The notes beneath the pieces are model-generated. The model made no database searches. It saw only the letters and a list, made by a program, of their open reading frames with translations, and was not told the origin of the DNA. A DNA stretch of 64,000 bases from Octopus sinensis (taxonomy: Eukaryota): contig NC_043010.1 of the NCBI RefSeq assembly GCF_006345805.1, positions 35,712,001 through 35,776,000 on the forward strand, given 5' to 3'. A program made the translations under genes and the position numbers. Below are positions 25,621 to 38,925 of this stretch, one piece after another; position 1 is the first letter of the stretch; each line of letters begins with the position of its first letter.

Positions 25621-26164
25621 ATATCCTTCAGGTAGGATGTGATATTGGTTAGAGCATTGATAAAAAGATACATACAGTAAAGGAACCTGTATGAAGTCAC
25701 TCGACCTTTTGAAATAGCATCAAAATATCTCTCTTACTTATACACTCTGTTGCCTTCAAAAAAAAAACCAAAATCAAGTAAACAAAGAAAATGCAAAGGG
25801 TACTTCAAATAATGTAGTCCTAGATATACTTTGTCCTGAAAAATAATTGGTCATAGCTGCAATGCATTTTTAAAACTAATTTTCCCTGCAACAAACAGAA
25901 CTCACACACACATGAACAAACAAAAACAAAATTTTTTTATATTGTGAAGCAGTTCTATTTCTTTATAACACACCTAGTTTAACAGAACAATTTAGTTAGT
26001 CTTTGAGTGCCTTTAACCAAGTTTATCCTGTTAAAAGCATTCAAGCTATACCCCTGGGGGCATCTTCCCTTTGCCTAACCAAGTTTTTCGGCAGACATTG
26101 ACTTGCAGTTGTTCAAAATCAGATCTATCACTCTCAGTTTGAGAACCATTCCACTCTCTTCTTT

Positions 26165-26562
26165 CTTCTTTTATTCTTTCAGTCATTTGACTGTGGCCAT
26201 GCTGGGGCACCGCCTTAACATTTTTAGTCGAATGAATCGACCCCAATACTTACATTTTTTAAGCCTGGTACTTATTCTATCAGTCTCTTTTGTTGAACTA
26301 CTGCAGGGACACAAACACACCAACACCGGTTGTCAAGCGATGGTTGGGGAACAAACACATGCACAAAGACACACACACACACACATACATACGTACATAT
26401 ATATGATGGGCTTCTTTCAGTTTCCGTCTGCCAATTACACTCACAAGGCTTTGGTCAGCCTGAAGCTATAGTGGAAGACACTTGCCCAAGGTGCCATGCA
26501 GTGGGACTGAACCCAGAATCATGTGGTTGGGAAGCAAGCTTCTTACCACACAGCTATGCCTA
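26165..26562 (-). mobile_element. tRNA-derived SINE (major family)
   Basis: Reverse complement of the family consensus. Confidence 0.82.
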
Positions 26563-27014
26563 ATGATTTTAACTCCCTTTTGGTATTATCTAATGGTATT
26601 AACTCCTTTTTTGGTATTATCTCCTTTATTTTTTGAATTGTTGCTTTATTGAATATTTCAACTCCACATCCACTGCACTCTCACTATTTGCTGCGGAGTT
26701 TACTTTTTCTTCTTTTTATTTATTTATCTACTTATTTTTTTATTACGACAGTTGACACCACTCACTTGTAATAGCTTCTTCCTATTCTGTAATGAAGTTT
26801 CAATCTCTATTTGAAACCACTGCAATTCACACCATACAAACAATGCATAGAGTGTAAAACAGTATTAAATTTTCAAGTTTATCAGTCTAAAATTACAGTA
26901 AAAAATTTCTAAAATACCAATCCTTTTTTACCTAACCTCAAATTCCTGGCCTTATGCCTATATTAAAAAAAATATCATTATTATTATTATTATTATTATT
27001 ACTATTATTATTTT

Positions 27015-27178
27015 ATTGTCTTTGCACAGCTTCTAATGCTAAGATATGCTACAGTGTCAGCTGTTCACTACCAGTGAACTAAGGAAACACCCCTTATATT
27101 TTGAGCACCATCCGGAGTATTTGAGCAGTTCCAAGCAGTGCTGTTTTCTGCAAGTGCTCCACCCTTATTGCAGCTCCT
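27015..27178 (-). mobile_element. 5'-truncated R4/Dong-like non-LTR retrotransposon 3' end inside an (ATT)n tract
   Basis: Minus strand reads GAAIRVEHLQKTALLGTAQILRMVLKI*, followed by a short 3' UTR. (att)n lies on both sides. Confidence 0.78.
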
Positions 27179-27193
27179 ATTTATTATTATTAC

Positions 27194-27227
<34 letters not shown>

Positions 27228-30200
27228 AAAAATAGTAATACGGTGAGCTGGCAGAATCGTTAGTATGCTGGGCAAATTGCTTAGCGGCATTTCATCCATC
27301 CTTACATTCTGTGATCAAATTCTGCTGAGGTTGACTTTACCTTTCATCCTTTGAGGTCAATGAAATAAGTACCGGTTGAGCACTGGCGGGGTCAATGTAA
27401 TCGACTAGCCCCCTTTCCCAAATTCCAGGCCTTGTGCTTATAATAGAAAGGATTATTATTATTATTATTATTATTGTGTATGCTTTTATGCACCAAGCGC
27501 CTATATGAGAAGATCTCTCAAGGCTAATAATGCAGTATTCAGTATTGTCACGTGACAACCAAGTTTAGTTCGATATAAAGATTACCATTCAGTATTAAAA
27601 CTGCTTCCATCACTAACAATTAATTCTTCTTCTTATTATTAATGAAGTAATTATACCTCTTACCCCTCTATACAATATTGGTCTTGCACCCCGGAAATCC
27701 ATCATTTGACATCTGCAATTTTATATATATATATATGTATGAATTTTATATTCTTGATACCACACTCTTTCTCCCTACCTCCTATTTTTTTTTTTAAACC
27801 TTCAGCATACTACAAGCAATGTTTCACACTATGAATCCTATTATCCTACTTTTAAAAATGTCATTGTGTTATGCTATACAATTTGCTATCTGAAATTGTC
27901 AACAAAATTTAATTTCAGTGTTTTTCACTCTGGTTTCAGTGTCACTTGTATTTTTTAAGCAAACAATCAGATTTATATATTCACTGCTGCTTGTCCCTGT
28001 TGTTTCATTGTCGCATTGATAAACTGATAAATCTTCAAAACTCAAAGCCTTTGTAAACATGGCACAGTTACTTTCGGTACCAACCCTTTCCTTAATTACT
28101 GTGTGGGATTTTGCCTGACAACAGGAGAGCTTCAGTTTAATACTGCACAACAACAAAACACTCTACACTCATATATACATGTGTGTATGGATGTGTATAT
28201 ATATATATATTATTTATATTTAGTATCTTTGCTTGTACCACTTCTTTACACTTTTTTTCAGTGAAGTAAAGATTGATGCAATTGTGTGCACCTTTTTTTG
28301 CTAGAAACATCATCAGAAGAAAGGGACAAATTGTCATGTCACCAGTGCTGCAGAACAAATTGCTATGTCTTGTCAATGCTCAGAGGAAATACAGAGACTT
28401 CTGTGTTTATGTAGTGTGTCTTAAGAGAAATCAGTTTGGAGGAGACCATTTCTCTCCCAAAACCAAATATAGCTATAGGCAGATATGAACTTAGTATTGC
28501 AAACGTACAAAGACCTCAGCAGTTTTATATTTTCCTGCTATTGTTGCTCATAGCAAGTACTTCCTATCAAGTGGAACCTATACAGCTAGGAGAACTGGGC
28601 TCTTGACAATGATGTGGTTTGTGATCATGGCCACAGCACTGTACTGGTGTCAGGATGTAAAACCTTGGTTGGCCGAATGCTTGAATATCCACTTAATTGA
28701 TTTAGATAGCTATACTCTTTGGATTGCAAAATTATGCTTCTATTGCATTAACTAGCACACTATGTGTTGATAAACCCTTAATATAACAAGTGACTATAAA
28801 CCAGTCTTTAGCCCATATCTCTTGGCAGCAATGTTTTGTTAAATTTATGATATCTCCATTTTCTGTTATATTCTGCTAACACACCTTTACAGTTGCTTGT
28901 TAACACTTTTCAGGTCCATACTTGTTGTCTTATATATTGTTGAATGTTGATAAATTCTTCAGGCCTTTTACTGATAATGTACCCTTTTTTATGCCCTGTA
29001 TCTTTTATACCTGTTTAACCCTTTAGCATTTAATACAACTTATGGTGTTAGATATATTCATGACGTATTAATGTTTTAAACAATGAGAACTAACCAGGTA
29101 AGGCCAGTTTGATTAGGTCACCTGATTTGGTTGGTTTTAGGCATGCTTAAAAAAGATTAAAATTGGGTTTGCCAAAGCAGTTAGAGTGGTGTATCTTGTC
29201 TCAGGTTTAACTTTTTAGCATTCCTAATAGTTTTACACTACTTTGCTAAAGCAGGCACAGTGTTAATCACTTTTGCATTCCTAAAAAAGTTATCAGTTTG
29301 TTGGCATCAGATGTGTACCTAAAAATGATGAAATGATAAGAAAAAGAAGACACTCTGTGAGACTTAGTCAACTATTTTCTCCTCTAGCACTAAAAGTTAT
29401 ATTTCCATTTCATCTAACCATTATTAATTTATTGCTAGATGAAAGCCACATCATGCTGTTGCCAGCTCATCTATGTTGGTTATAAGCCTACCTATCCTAA
29501 CTGTAACAAATACTCCCATAGCTATGCTCTGTCCATTAGTACAAGAAAGTTACATATGTACAGTGCTAGCTTTAGCACTATTTTAATCAACTATGCTGTC
29601 ACTATGATGGTCATAATTGGCCAGTTTGAATGTTAAAGGGTTAAAAAACAAAATGTGATTTTTTTTTTTCATCTGTTGTTTGCACACTGCTGCAGGTGAA
29701 GGCTGTATTGCATTTATATATTAAGAAACAAAGAAATGCTTGCCTTCTGTGAGATGAAAAAGGGAGGGGAGGGGTTAACATTTTTCTTTTTTCAATTTAA
29801 AAAAAAAATTCTTTTTTACTGCCATTTTGGAACTGCTTTAGCTTTTTAGACTTTATACTAAATGCTATTTGAATTGTTGTGAGCTTCTTTCTATGTGCCA
29901 GATGAGACGAGCTCTTCCAATACGTCTATGTCAAAGACAAGCACTTTTGATACCAAGTGTAGTGTAAAGGATTCTCCTACAAAAAATTCTTTCTGCAACT
30001 TCCCCTAATCATAACCTGAAGCTTATGATTAGAAGTTGCACAAAGACCTGGTCCTACGATGAAGGCTCTCCCAAACAAGCTTTCAGGATTGAGTTCTCCC
30101 ACTCACAAACTACATATGAATACTGTGTATTCCTTTAATTTGAGGAATTTTGTCTTTCCTTCTTTCTCATCTTGATTTCTTGAACAAAACAATGAGTTTT

Positions 30201-30474
30201 TTTATTTTATTTAAATGTGATTTGTGATATTGTCCTTTCTGTTACAATATAATTATTCTTTCTTGTTCTTTCTGTTTTTCTCTCTTATCTTCTTTCTTTG
30301 TCTTCTTCAGACTTGGTGACAGTGTCTCTAATAAAGACCTTTGCAAACACATGCATGTTCATGCATGCATATACACTCACATGCGCACATTCTTGCATGC
30401 ATGCACATTCGCATATGAACATCCACACACAATTGCCAGAGTAAAAATTTTGCAATACAAATGTATAATGCGCA

Positions 30475-30505
<31 letters not shown>

Positions 30506-31519
30506 AAATGTGTATATAAAAAAAATATATTATAAACTCTATATGCATGTCTTGTGAATTATGAGAATATTAAGAAATTTGAGATTGAAAAACAACAAAT
30601 GTGAATCAATATTTGCATGAGAGAAAAGATGTATGTCTACTCTGGTATGAATGATGACATGTTTGGTTAGTAAGAGGGCAGTGACTTGATTTGCATCCGT
30701 GTGTACATTGGTGTTACTTTACAATGGTTTCATACTCAGAATACTGTTAATAAATATATAACATTATATATAATTACAAACAAGAAGAATGAAGTAGGCA
30801 AGTCTTTTTATTGCATCAATTTACAATTGTTTCATCTGCATGTACTCTCATCAATCTTGCTATATTATGTTATAGTATACGCAACAATTGATTCTTGAGG
30901 TCTCATTGAAATAACACACACTGGAACCGAATCAGAATTATGTATAAAAGTCATTTGCTATGGGAACTTAACAAGAATTTATATACATATTTTAAGTCCT
31001 GTTTACATGATTATATTTACATATTACCAACAAAATAAAAAAAACAATGGTTTAACTGGTCAAGGAAGAACAATGAATAGAAAAAAGAAATACAGAAAAG
31101 AAAGAAGTAGAAAAAAAGAGCTTTTGTTTTCAGGCGCTATAAAAAAATTATTGGCTTGTTAAGTTTCTATATTAGCAAAAGGATTTTAAAACTGTATTCT
31201 TCAATAACATTTTATTGTTTTTAAAGTATACTTATTCCATCAGCTAATTAGAAAGATATAGAAAACACATACACACAGATGTTTTCAATTCTTTATATGC
31301 CATGTCTTACTAAGTAGAAAAAGAATGGAGCAAATTAGTTAATATATACACAGGCTCGAAGGTTTAATTTCTGTGTATTTATACGCACAAATCAAAAATT
31401 TAAAAAATTCTCCATTTTAACATTCATTCTAATGGACTCAGTTATATTTTCAAATTCGTAGGCTATTCTGTTATAAAAAATAAATGTAAGTATAATGATA
31501 TTCCAACAGATATATTTAT

Positions 31520-31672
31520 TAATGGTATGTACTCCTACATCCACACCATGCAGGTCTCTCAGGCATTTTAGAAGGATATTGAAAAGCTGTGGGCCCTTGA
31601 AACCCAAGTTGTTGCATATCCATTCTGTACTTTAATGACAATGCTGGGATATTTGGCACTATGCACTGCCTT
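31520..31672 (-). mobile_element. LINE ORF2 C-terminal fragment (CR1/L2 group)
   Basis: RQCIVPNIPAL...LGFKGPQLFNILLKCLRDLHGVDVGV, with a frameshift. Confidence 0.65.
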
Positions 31673-32149
31673 GACTGGCTTTCATGCCGGTGGCATGTAA
31701 AAAGCACCAATCCGATCGTGGCTGTTGCCAGCCTCGCCTGGCACGTAAAAAGCACCCACTACACTCACGGAGTGGTTGGCATTAGGAAGGGCATCCAGCT
31801 GTAGAAGCACTGCCAGATCAGACTGGAGCCTGGTGCAGCCTTCTGATGGACTCTGATGGAACTGTCCAACCCATACTAGCATGGAAAACGGACGTTAAAC
31901 GATGATGATGATATATGTATATATGTATAGAAAAAAATATTGGGATAAGCAAGTTAGACATATCTAATATATTAAATATATTAAGTACATAAAATGCAAA
32001 ATATGTATATAAGTATACATGCAAAATGAGAGAAAGCAAAAGGCGAAAACTTTCAAATGATGAATGATGAATTTATATGTATAAACATATAGATATTTAT
32101 ATTAATAGGTCCAACTTACACAGTACAATTAACAGAGCAATTCAAAGGG

Positions 32150-34615
32150 TGTGGAATAAAAGTATTATGAGTCCAACAGCTGTTTCTGGGGGGGGGGGCT
32201 TGGTGATCCATAATAATGTTGGTAGATTTAGTTCATCACAAATACAGCCATATGGCTACATATGGATTTAACATATGATGGGAAGAGCCTCCTTCATCAA
32301 GGTAGAGAGGATCTTACATTCCAGGTCTTAATGCAGAGAAGTTCAAAGATGGAATAATTAAATGTGGAGATCTAAGTGTATTAGTGGGGAGACTGGGGAG
32401 TATTGAGAGAAGGAATGTGAGAGGAGAAAAGATAGTTCAAGAAGAGTGAGGGGTTAGTAATGAGGCTAGCAAGGGAGTAGTAGTGGAGGTGGGGAGTAGG
32501 AAGGTGAATAGGAGGGTGAGGTAGATAGTATATGACTGGTAGTCTATTGAGATGAGCTTGTTAAAGTTTAGGGATGTACGCTATAAAACTATTGGTCGGG
32601 ATAGTGAGAAAAGGAACAGCAAATATTTGAGGGAAGTAAGGTATCTAGTTCAGTGGCAGAGGGAGATCACTAAGGTATTTAGAAATGTAAGAGAAGATAG
32701 AGGTGGGTGAGTTGGTGGTTTAGAGAGCAGTGGTTAGTGGGATAATGAATGAGGGGAAATATAATGGTATGCAGAGGTGTATAAAATTGAAAAGAGGGAA
32801 GTGAATAGGGAGAGGGGTTGACAGTATCCAAATGTATGGGGTAATATTAAGTGCTTTTGGTTGAGGATGAGGAGAAATGGGAGGAGACCACTTGTGAGGG
32901 TGGGGAGGCTAGGTAGGGGATAAAATGTAGTAGTTAGAGGAATTTACAAAGGTAACAATGAGAAAGAATAGTTTAATAACTAGTATTAGTTGAGATAATA
33001 AGTTGCTAAGCTGACCTTGTTAATTTTGAGTATTAGATTACATAGACTTGATAAAATGGGCAAATGATGAGTAGAATATGTGTTTACAAGACACTATTAC
33101 ATCTGAGAATCTATTAAGTAATGAGGGGGTTATGGTAGCTAAGGATAGTTAGCAATTCTCTTGAATATAATTTACACTTACTAATGTTTGCATTGTATGG
33201 GGCAGCTTCAGTGATGATGGACCAGGATAGGGTATAGGGAATATTTTGAGATTTAAGCTTGCATATATAAGTTGCTTAGGAGTTAGATGATTTAGAATTT
33301 GGATTGGAGAAAGAGTTCATGTGTGTGCAGTAGCAACGCTTGAAATCAACAGTGCGTTGATGTAGACCATTACTTGATGGGGGTGTGGTGTTATAACACG
33401 ATACTTGTAGACTACATTTTTACACAGACAGAAATCTCCAAGAGGGCATAGTTGAGAAACCTGATAATTGCAAATTTTCTTACCTACTCTGCAGTTGGAG
33501 TTTACTGCAGGGAGGGTTAAACTCCAGTGGTCCGTTATTAGTGAAGGAGAACCTGAGGTAAATCTATATCAGTATTGGATTGGGTAGGAGTATTACTGCT
33601 AGTATATGTGGTTGCATGGGTAGAATTGTGGGAAGATGCCTTAAGTGGGCTGTTATTTAGTCAATATAGGGTTACTGCGAGTTGTGTTATTGCCACTAGG
33701 TGGGTTAATTTGATGTGCAGTGTAAAAAATTGCAGGTTCCAAGGACTGGCGTTGTAGTTTTTGTCTGTTAGAAGATGCAATTATGGATCCCAAATTAGGT
33801 GTGGTAGAGTAGGAGATTTTAACTGATGATTTATTAAAGATAAGATAGTATTTATGCTGTGGTGGGAAGTTAAAGTTTAAGATTTTAAAGAAAAGTTCAG
33901 GTAGAGATTTAACTTGGAGGGAGAAAGGTGGTGCAAACCATAAGGTATCCCACTTCTTGGCCTTAGAATGTTTAGAGTTTGTGATTATAGCCGGTGGATC
34001 TGGAACAGTAGGCTTATAGTTATTATTGGTTCAAGGTGGCCAGTGGGGCTGTTGAGTGCAATGTGTAGCAGTTTTTTTTGAGAGTCAGTGGATTGATGTT
34101 GAGTGGAAGAAAGGTCTGTGGAATTGGAGTTAGTATTAGGAAAGAGATATGCAATTTTAGTTTTAAGCCTGGCATTTGGGATATAGGAGATCTTTTCATG
34201 GAAGCCACTTTGGAGCGTCTAAAAAATTCTTCATTTGCAGCTAAGCTGGAAATTCTGATAGAAAGGTCTGTGACTATACTATTAAGGGTAATCCACTTGC
34301 TGTAAGGAGTGCATCATCCCTGTAGAGTCCTCCAGAGAGGTTAGGGAAGCATTGTTTAATTTGGGAAAGAAAGAATAGACCAACTAGGTCAGTAACCTGG
34401 GCTGAGTCAGATGAACCCATAGTTGTATTGAAGAAATCGGTAGATGTGTTGCAGGTGCAGTTATTATCCTTAAAGTGAATTAGGGTTTTACTAACAGCCA
34501 GGATATCAATGTCAGATCGAGAAATGGGTGTATACTTTTGAGCAAAGATTAAGGCTTTATTCAATACAATTGGTGATATTCAAGAATAATAATATGAGAT
34601 GTCAAACTGAAGGAA
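32150..34615 (-). mobile_element. Decayed 5'-truncated Penelope-like element (RT, GIY-YIG endonuclease, long 3' region with a hammerhead remnant)
   Basis: Minus strand motifs [65 protein letters not shown] and CNYQ...CPLGDFCLCKNVVYK; several stops and frameshifts. Confidence 0.88.
32173..32302 (-). ncRNA. Degenerate hammerhead motif at the Penelope 3' end
   Basis: Minus strand cc-TTGATGA-aggaggct...agccccccccca-GAAAC-AGCT-GTT-gg; stem I is weak. Confidence 0.55.
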
Positions 34616-34769
34616 ATGGGTGAGCAGTTTATCAAGAAGAAAGCAGAACCAGATGATGACATCACCAGTACAATTCCAGAGCAGAATATACATGTATGTA
34701 TGTATGTATGTATATATATCTATGTATATATATCTATATATATGTATATATATATATATATATATATAA

Positions 34770-34805
<36 letters not shown>

Positions 34806-34908
34806 TATGTATGTATATATATATATATATGTATGTATGTACATATGTTTATATATCTATGTATATATAAATATATATATGTATGTATATATATATGTAT
34901 ACATATAT

Positions 34909-36756
34909 ATGTTGGGACCAGACACGAGACTGAAGAGACCAGAAGGAATTAGTTGCTCTCTGCAACCTGAAAGATATTTCCTCATCCAGGGAGCAAGAAC
35001 GGCTGAGTGTGCTGCCCAGGTAGACAAGCTTGTCTACTACCTTCAGAATCGTTCCTTCAACCAAGATAGCTGGTTCTATATATGGATTTCCTGGTGCTGG
35101 CTGGAACATTATAAGTCTTGTCCAGGCTAATGCTGAGTCCAAATGCCCTGCAAGAAGCAGAAATGCAATTCATGAGTATTTGCATGTCATCCACTGTATG
35201 AGTGACTAAGTCACAGTCATCTGCATAAAGGAGGTCACGAATAATAGACTGGGAAACCTTTGAATTGGCAGCAAATCGGCGAAGATTACAGAGGCGGCCA
35301 GAAGATTGATATCTGACATATATTCCCAGAGAGCTAACCTTAGCAAAAGCATGAGTAAAAGTAGCAGCAAAGTACAAAGAAAAGAGAGTTGGGGCAAGGA
35401 TGTCACCCTGCTTAACACCATTCTCTACAGGAATGGGTCCTGCCATGGCACCACCAACATTGACCCAAGCCTCCATCCCATCATGAAATGATTTAATTAT
35501 TGATACAAAGTGATCCGGACATCCAAGTTTGCCAAGTATTTTCCATAGAAAGGCCCTATTTACAGTATCAAAGGCCTTAGTTTAAATCAATGAATACCTG
35601 GACAAGATCCATATTCTGCTCATAGCACTTCTCCTGCATCTGTCTTGCTGTGAAAATCATATCCATTGTCCCTCTACCAGATCGGAAGCCACATTGAGAT
35701 TCAGATAGGACATCATTTACGAGACACCCATTCAGACGGGTAAGAAGAATATTTGCCAGAACCTTGCCAGCAGCTGATAGTAGAGCAATACCTCTGTAGT
35801 TACCACACATTGTTCTGGCTCCTTTTCCTTTATACAGAGGAAGAATAATTGCATCCTTCCAGTCCTGAGGGATTGTACCATCCCTCCAGACTGCACTAAT
35901 AAGTTCATGAAGGGACTGTGTGATGCAATTACCACCAAATCGCAAGACCTCAGCACAAATTCCATCCTTTCCAGGTGCCCTACCAAGATTCAATCTTTCA
36001 GGTTGCAGAGAGCAACTAATTCCTTCCGGTCTCTTCAGTCTCGTGTCTGGTCCCAACATGGCATCGCAAGGAGAACAAAAGTTGCTGTGTACTGTGCTTG
36101 TGTACTGACATCGCTTCTCTACTCATGTGAGACATGGACTCTGTACAAACGTCAGGTCAGGGTCTTTGAACGTTTTCATCAGAGATGTCTCAGACACATT
36201 CTCAATGTTGGCTGGACCTCAAAAATTCCAGACACACAGATCCTGAGAACAGCTGATATCTTGAGTATTGAGGCGATGGTTCACAAGCACCAGTTGCGTT
36301 GGACTGGACACCTTATTAGAATGGAGGATAGAAGGATTCCTAAGCAGATGCTCTATGGAGAACTTGTGAATGGAAGGAGACTCCGGCAGAAACCAAGGCT
36401 GCGATTTAAGGACTGTGTCAAGTCCTCATTAAAGGCCTTTGATATGCAGGACACTGACTGGGAGAACAATGCCTGTCATCGCCACAGATGGAGGAAGCAG
36501 GTTAAGGAGGGGATCGACACTTTTGAGAGAGCACGTATCCAGCACGAAGAACTTAAGCGAGCTGCACGAAAGCGCACGGCTTGTATAGTGAATGGGGAAA
36601 GCTTGGTCTGCAATGTTTGCAGTCGTGTATGCTTGTCAAGAGCAGGAATCATTAGCCACCAACGGAGCTGCAAATGCAAAATATAAGTTAGTCCTAGAGC
36701 GCACAATGTTCCTGAAGGTCGGCAATGGTCTTCCTCAGTCACGAGTGGACGGCCAT
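34909..36756 (+). mobile_element. RTE-clade LINE, 5'-truncated, with its 5' part (34909-35992) inverted
   Basis: Minus part: RAPGKDGI, NYRGIALLS, QCGFRSGRGTMDMIF, FIDL, GVKQGDILAP, LLYADD. Plus part: LLYSCETW, QLRWTGHLIRM, RIPKQMLYGEL and a C-terminal CxxCx..H finger, stop at 36686. TA-rich tracts flank both sides. Confidence 0.93.
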
Positions 36757-36792
36757 TTAAAAAACAAAATATATATATATATATATGTATTG

Positions 36793-36824
<32 letters not shown>

Positions 36825-36829
36825 TGATG

Positions 36830-37782
36830 TATTGGTCATCGCATAAATAATATGGATTTTTCAATTGCATGAACTAAAAGTCGGAGGGGGACGGGATAAA
36901 CTACCTGCATCAACTTGCTATAAAAGGAGGTAGTTATTTTATCTTGTGCTTATTCTTAGTTCAAGTTTTGAAGTCTGCGGTTCGATTTTAACAGTTATTT
37001 TTTTCAAAGCTATAATGGAAGTGACAATGGAACATATTCAGCATATTTTTCTTTATGAGTTCAATAAAGGCAACAACGCAATGGAAAATGCAAGGAATAT
37101 TAATGCAGTATATGGGGATCAGACATTAAGCACAAGCCAGTGTCAAAGGTGGTTCCAGAAATTCCAAGCCAGAAACTACAGCCTAGACAACCAGCCCCAT
37201 CCTGGAAGATCTGTAGAGCTTGACAAGGACATCCTGCAAACCCTGGTGGAATAAAATCCCATCGTAACTGTTGAGAAACTTAGATTTGGTCATTCAAGCA
37301 TTCATTGACACATGTGTGCCATCAGAAAGGTCAGCAAATTGGATCAATGGGTTCCTCATGAACTTTCCTAGTATAATTACATGCAGAGAGTGAATGTGTG
37401 CTCTTCTTTGCTGTCATGTCTCATGAATGAAGCTTTTTGGCCCGAATAGTGACCAGTGGTGAGAAATGGGTTCTCTATAAAAATGTCAAGTACTGAAGAC
37501 TAGGTAAGGATAGGAAATATAGTGGCACTCCAGGCTAAAGAAGGTCTTCACCCATGTAAGGTGTTGTTATCTGTTTGGTGGGATATGAAAGGTTTAATCC
37601 AATTTGAACCCGATGGAAAAAATATGATTTCTGTAGATGAGGTCAGAACAGTACTAGATAGATGGAAGAGCATTGTAGAAAATGGAGAGTATATTTTGGA
37701 TTAAAAAAAGAACTTTGTTTATCTTAATTTTGAAAACTAAATGGAGTATAAAAAACCCCATTATTTATTGGTTGACCCAATA
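36830..37782 (+). mobile_element. Internally deleted mariner element with both TIRs
   Basis: Ends tattggtcatcgcataaataat and attatttattggttgacccaata. Transposase pieces MEVTMEHIQHIFLYEF, WVPHEL, VLLSVWWDMKG and RWKSIVENGEYILD*. Confidence 0.9.
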
Positions 37783-37934
37783 TATATGTGTGTGTGTATG
37801 TATACATCCAAAACGATGAAAGAGATAAAAAAGGGCTAAAAATAAAGATAAAGGAAAAATGGATGATAATAGAAGTAAAAATGAAAAAAAAAATAAGAGA
37901 GCCCCCAAGTAAAATGAAAAAGTCACTCAACAAT

Positions 37935-38075
37935 CAAAGACACAAATAGGAAGTGCACACAAGTGTGTGAATTCTTCCTGCACAGTGACTGCTGGCATAG
38001 AAATGATGGTGCCAACTGCCACATTTTGCACCCAAAGCAATGCCACATACAGAACAAAAGCAAAAACCTCCCTCC
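37935..38075 (+). mobile_element. Possible LINE ORF1 fragment with a CCCH-type zinc finger
   Basis: VCEFFLHSDCWHRNDGANCHILHPKQC; no splice context or partner ORF seen. Confidence 0.4.
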
Positions 38076-38551
38076 AAAAGTATTAAAAGACAATGGAAGG
38101 CTCCAAAGTCATGCATCACCTACATCAAAACTAAAATATGCTGATATAGTGCATAATTTTGGTAATTTTAGTAACAATTCAAACAGATAAGATGCATTAA
38201 GAATTTCAATTTTAGTGTTTTTAACCATAATATTTTATTGCTTTTACATCTATTAATTAAATTTTACCTGCCCATAAAAGTCAAATTTATTTGGCAAGAT
38301 CACCAAAAGTTACATAACTATAAACCAGTGGTATATAAAGCATCCTCTGACAAAATTTCAAATCTGTATGTAAAAAATTTACAAAGTTACAAGAAAATAT
38401 AGTGGACACCTCTTGAAACTGAATCATTCAAAATAACGTAAACATTTGACAGATGAATATGGACACTAAAGATGTCTTTAGGTGTTTTTTTTTACGCACA
38501 CACATAACATGGCCTCACTCTGTTGGGACTACACATGTGTTACTTTGGCAT

Positions 38552-38925
38552 CATCACATGGTTCTGGGTTCAGTCCCACTGCATGGCACATTGGGTGAGT
38601 GTCTTCTACTATAGCCTCGGGCCAACCAAAGCCTTGTGAGTGGATTTGGTAGACGGAAACTGAAAGAAGCCTGTCGTATACATGTATATGTAAATATATA
38701 TATATATATATGTGTGTGTGTTTGTGTGTTTGTCCTCCCCCCCCCCAACATCGCTTGACAACAGATGCTGGTGTATTTACGTGTCCGTAACTTAGCGGTT
38801 CTGCAAAAGAGACTGATAGAATAAGTACTAGGCTTACAAAGAATAAGTCCTGGGGTCGATTTGCTCGACTAAAGGCGGTGCTTCAGCATGGCCACAGTCA
38901 AATGACTGAAAAAAGTAAAAGAGTA
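38552..38925 (+). mobile_element. tRNA-derived SINE (major family, 5'-clipped)
   Basis: Matches 11955-12385. Confidence 0.85.
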
